Source of the DNA: an uncultured Methanolobus sp.
GTDB taxonomy: Archaea > Halobacteriota > Methanosarcinia > Methanosarcinales > Methanosarcinaceae
Reading direction: 5' to 3'
DNA length: 64,000 nt
Assembly (NCBI GenBank): GCA_963675495.1
Contig: OY776215.1
Span: 2,560,001 to 2,624,000, forward strand
Shown here: one piece after another, positions 61,294 through 64,000 of the stretch
How the letters are laid out: each line of letters starts with the position of its first letter
Position numbering within the stretch: the first letter of the stretch is position 1
Notes under the pieces: model-generated
The model's input: only the letters and a program-made list of their open reading frames with translations
What the model was told of the DNA's origin: nothing
Database searches by the model: none
Translations under genes and position numbers: made by a program

Positions 61294-61408
61294 ATTTTTA
61301 CCTCGCATATTTCATGATACGTTTTACTGATGATGATTGCACAATTTACACAAAACCGATTAAAGATTGCGTCAATTATATATATAGTTTGCCAGAATTC
61401 TATCTTCC

Positions 61409-62089
61409 TTGACAATAATACCTGAAAATGAACGCTCAAGTCTCCCGTTGGATACTGATGAGATAATATATCATCCTGATATGATACGTGCAAATGAGTG
61501 GGTACTTTCTGAATATGAACCGCCTGTTAGGGAATTCTGTATATTTGTACCTTGTGCAAAGAAAAAACCCTATCATGAGAGTCCTTCTCATAAAATATTT
61601 GACAAAGTTATCTTTGGAATGCTTGAACCTGAGGATGTACATATTGTCGTTTTTGGAACATGTGGTATCACTCCCCGTGAACTGGATACTGAATATCCTT
61701 TTATGGACTATCAATTCATGCTTGGAAAATGTAATGTTGCAAAGATCAAAAGGGATTTCATTAAGATGGAAAGCCAGAGGCTAGCGCAGTATCTTGAAAA
61801 AACGCGTGACAACTATAGACATCGTATCGCTTATTGCATAGGTGATTTCAGGAAAGCTATGGAACTTGCAGTTAAGATGTCTGGCGTTGAAGTGATAATA
61901 GTTCCCAAAGAAGAAACTGTCAACGCACATGTCCAGCCGGGGAAGAAATTCATTTATGGAAGTCTTAATCAGGCAACTTATCTTCAGGACTTTTCTGATT
62001 CAATTGCAACCATTGTCGGCAAAGAGTCAAGGAATACTGTTTTAGATGATGATGGAAAAACCAATGACAATGATTGGTATTTATTATGA
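61409..62089 (+). CDS. DUF5591 (ArcS-related domain) protein
   Basis: FVPCAKKKPYHESPSH and PREL...YPF..Y resemble the archaeosine synthase core. Confidence 0.75.
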   Translation: MTIIPENERSSLPLDTDEIIYHPDMIRANEWVLSEYEPPVREFCIFVPCAKKKPYHESPSHKIFDKVIFGMLEPEDVHIVVFGTCGITPRELDTEYPFMDYQFMLGKCNVAKIKRDFIKMESQRLAQYLEKTRDNYRHRIAYCIGDFRKAMELAVKMSGVEVIIVPKEETVNAHVQPGKKFIYGSLNQATYLQDFSDSIATIVGKESRNTVLDDDGKTNDNDWYLL

Positions 62090-62134
62090 AATTTATTTTT
62101 TAAAAAAATGAATAAATGGCTTTAATTGCCACTA

Positions 62135-62863
62135 TCATTCCAGATATGGAGATTGTGCAAGTACTGACATACCATTGTCTGAAATGTTAAGTACGCGTAC
62201 TTCGTTTATTGTGCCGGACCCTCGCATCTTCATTATGTATATTGAGCGCTGAAGGTTGTTTCCTGATATAATACGACCCAGTTTAACGACTGAATCTGCA
62301 CCATATTCCACCATTTCATCAAGTCCGAACATTGCTCCGACTGTTATCACAGAGGTTACATTATGCTTTCTAAACACGCTGAATACGTCATCTATGAGCG
62401 TTCTTAACTTGTAATTTGATTCAATAGCAAGGAAAAGTGCTTCAATCGAGTCAATAAATATACGTGTTGGTTGTATGTCCTCTATTTTGCTTTCAACCAG
62501 TTTCTTAAAACTTTTGATTAGCTCAGATGGTGCAATCTCAACACTTTTCTGAAGGCGAAGACTTGGATCTGTGATATCTACAAAAGTGAGCAAACCCTGT
62601 TCAACATATTCCTCAAGATTCCAGTCAAAGGAGGTTTTCATCTCCTTGACAATGGATTTTGATTCTTCGGAGGTGATAATGCACATTACCTTTTCGCCTT
62701 TTTTTACTCCTTCGACTATGAACTGTGTCCCAAATATCGTTTTACCTGTACCAGAATCTCCTGATACGACATTTGCAGTTCCTTCGAAGAATCCTCCACG
62801 CAACATTTCATCCAGTCCGGGTATTCCGGAATTAACTCTCTCTGATGGGTCGGCATCTGTCAT
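62135..62863 (-). CDS. Single-domain KaiC/RAD55-family ATPase
   Basis: SGIPGLDEML.GG, GDSGTGKT, SEE, FIDS, KMRG. Confidence 0.92.
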   Translation of the reverse strand: MTDADPSERVNSGIPGLDEMLRGGFFEGTANVVSGDSGTGKTIFGTQFIVEGVKKGEKVMCIITSEESKSIVKEMKTSFDWNLEEYVEQGLLTFVDITDPSLRLQKSVEIAPSELIKSFKKLVESKIEDIQPTRIFIDSIEALFLAIESNYKLRTLIDDVFSVFRKHNVTSVITVGAMFGLDEMVEYGADSVVKLGRIISGNNLQRSIYIMKMRGSGTINEVRVLNISDNGMSVLAQSPYLE

Positions 62864-63165
62864 ATTAAACCACCTGTTAATGTATATTAAATATCTAATT
62901 TATAATCCCAAACATTTTGAATATAAGGCTTTGTTATATACTCTCACTCAAAAGTATATGATGATTATCATTGGTACTTTTTTGAATATAGTTTATTATG
63001 CCATCCTAATATAAAAAATCACGTATTTAATTTCATTCGCTTGCATTATTTACTCTACATGAATTCAAAAAGCAACTAGGCGTGAACTATTTGTATTATT
63101 GAAACCAAGTGCGTACTTATAAAAAAGATACCGAATGCTGTTTGTTTTATTTACGGAAGATCATT

Positions 63166-64000
63166 ATGAAATCAAGAATGGATTTGAACAAAGATAAACA
63201 AGAATTACTGGATGATCTGATTTCCGGCAAGATTTCTTTCCATAAACTGGATAGTCTGACGGATAAACAGACTGCTGTTATGATCAGGAGATATGCTCTT
63301 GAAGAAACTTCTGGATTTAATTTTGATCATATACAGAATTTCTCAATAGATGTTGAAGATGCAGGCAAAAAAAATATAGAGAACATGATCGGAGCTATTC
63401 AGATTCCCTTAGGGGTAGCTTCTCCGTTAAAAGTGAACGGTGAGTTTTCGGATGGTATATTCCAGATACCTCTGGCTACCACAGAAGGTGCTCTTGTTGC
63501 CAGTGTGAATCGTGGGTGTTCTGTTATTACAAGGGCCGGCGGCGCAAATGTGCGCATATTCCGTGATCTAATGACACGGGCTCCGGTGTTCAGGCTGGAG
63601 AATGTGGTGAGATCTAAAGAGTTTGCAGACTGGCTGCAGAATCCTGCTGTTCTTTCCCGGATGAAAACGAAAGCCTCTGAAACCACACGGTTTGGTGAGC
63701 TTGTGGATGTTCAGGTATTTGTTACAGGCAATACTGTCTATGTTCGCTTTTCCTACGATACTAAAGATGCTATGGGAATGAATATGGTGACGATTGCCAC
63801 GGATGCGGTTCTAAGTCTCATAAAGGATGAGTTCGGTGCTATTCCTGTGTCTCTTTCAGGTAATATGTGCACTGATAAGAAGCCCGCTGCAATAAATTCT
63901 ATACTTGGAAGGGGTAAAACCGTCGTTGCAGATGTGACTATACCTGCAGAACTTGTGGAGTCGCGTCTTAAGTGCAAACCTGAGACAATGGTGGAAGTGA
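63166..64000 (+). CDS. hmgA: HMG-CoA reductase class I, truncated by window end (absent from ORF track)
   Basis: Hand translation gives ENMIG, PLATTEGALVASVNRG, DAMGMNM, SGNMCTDKK. Confidence 0.95.
   Translation, partial: MKSRMDLNKDKQELLDDLISGKISFHKLDSLTDKQTAVMIRRYALEETSGFNFDHIQNFSIDVEDAGKKNIENMIGAIQIPLGVASPLKVNGEFSDGIFQIPLATTEGALVASVNRGCSVITRAGGANVRIFRDLMTRAPVFRLENVVRSKEFADWLQNPAVLSRMKTKASETTRFGELVDVQVFVTGNTVYVRFSYDTKDAMGMNMVTIATDAVLSLIKDEFGAIPVSLSGNMCTDKKPAAINSILGRGKTVVADVTIPAELVESRLKCKPETMVEV

Overview
Archaeal chromosomal window from a Methanosarcinaceae methanogen (probably Methanolobus/Methanococcoides-like; inferred from gene content and protein style). Core content: formylmethanofuran dehydrogenase operon fmdFACDB-fdhD, two tandem cfbA/CbiX(S) chelatases, a Group II F420-dependent sulfite/nitrite reductase (Fsr), aroK-aroQ-purE, korAB-like oxidoreductase, the thiDN-DEAD-trmY-pus10-rpl21e-rpoF-DUF655-rsmA-hemK cluster, lsm-rpl37e-purF, tRNA-His(GTG), thi4, rnz, rps8e and the 5' part of hmgA. 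Accessory content: a TrmB-flanked RND/COG1361 envelope locus, a Cys-rich DUF169/DUF1847/MBL/NifX cluster, an AT-rich DUF6884 + GIY-YIG-like nuclease cassette, an orphan corrinoid protein, a TetR-ABC exporter, two PAS histidine kinases and two single-domain KaiC-like ATPases. Two genes are broken (a GNAT by an in-frame TAA, tspO by a frameshift at a G6 run). The most unusual signals are three promoter-bearing, structured intergenic RNA candidates (~1.7 kb, ~42.0 kb, ~52.0 kb). Two expose the same GTACCACCC motif and the third carries its complement GGTGGTAC over a ribosome-binding site. No CRISPR array, rRNA or intact IS element was seen. All family assignments are by motif recognition, not database search.
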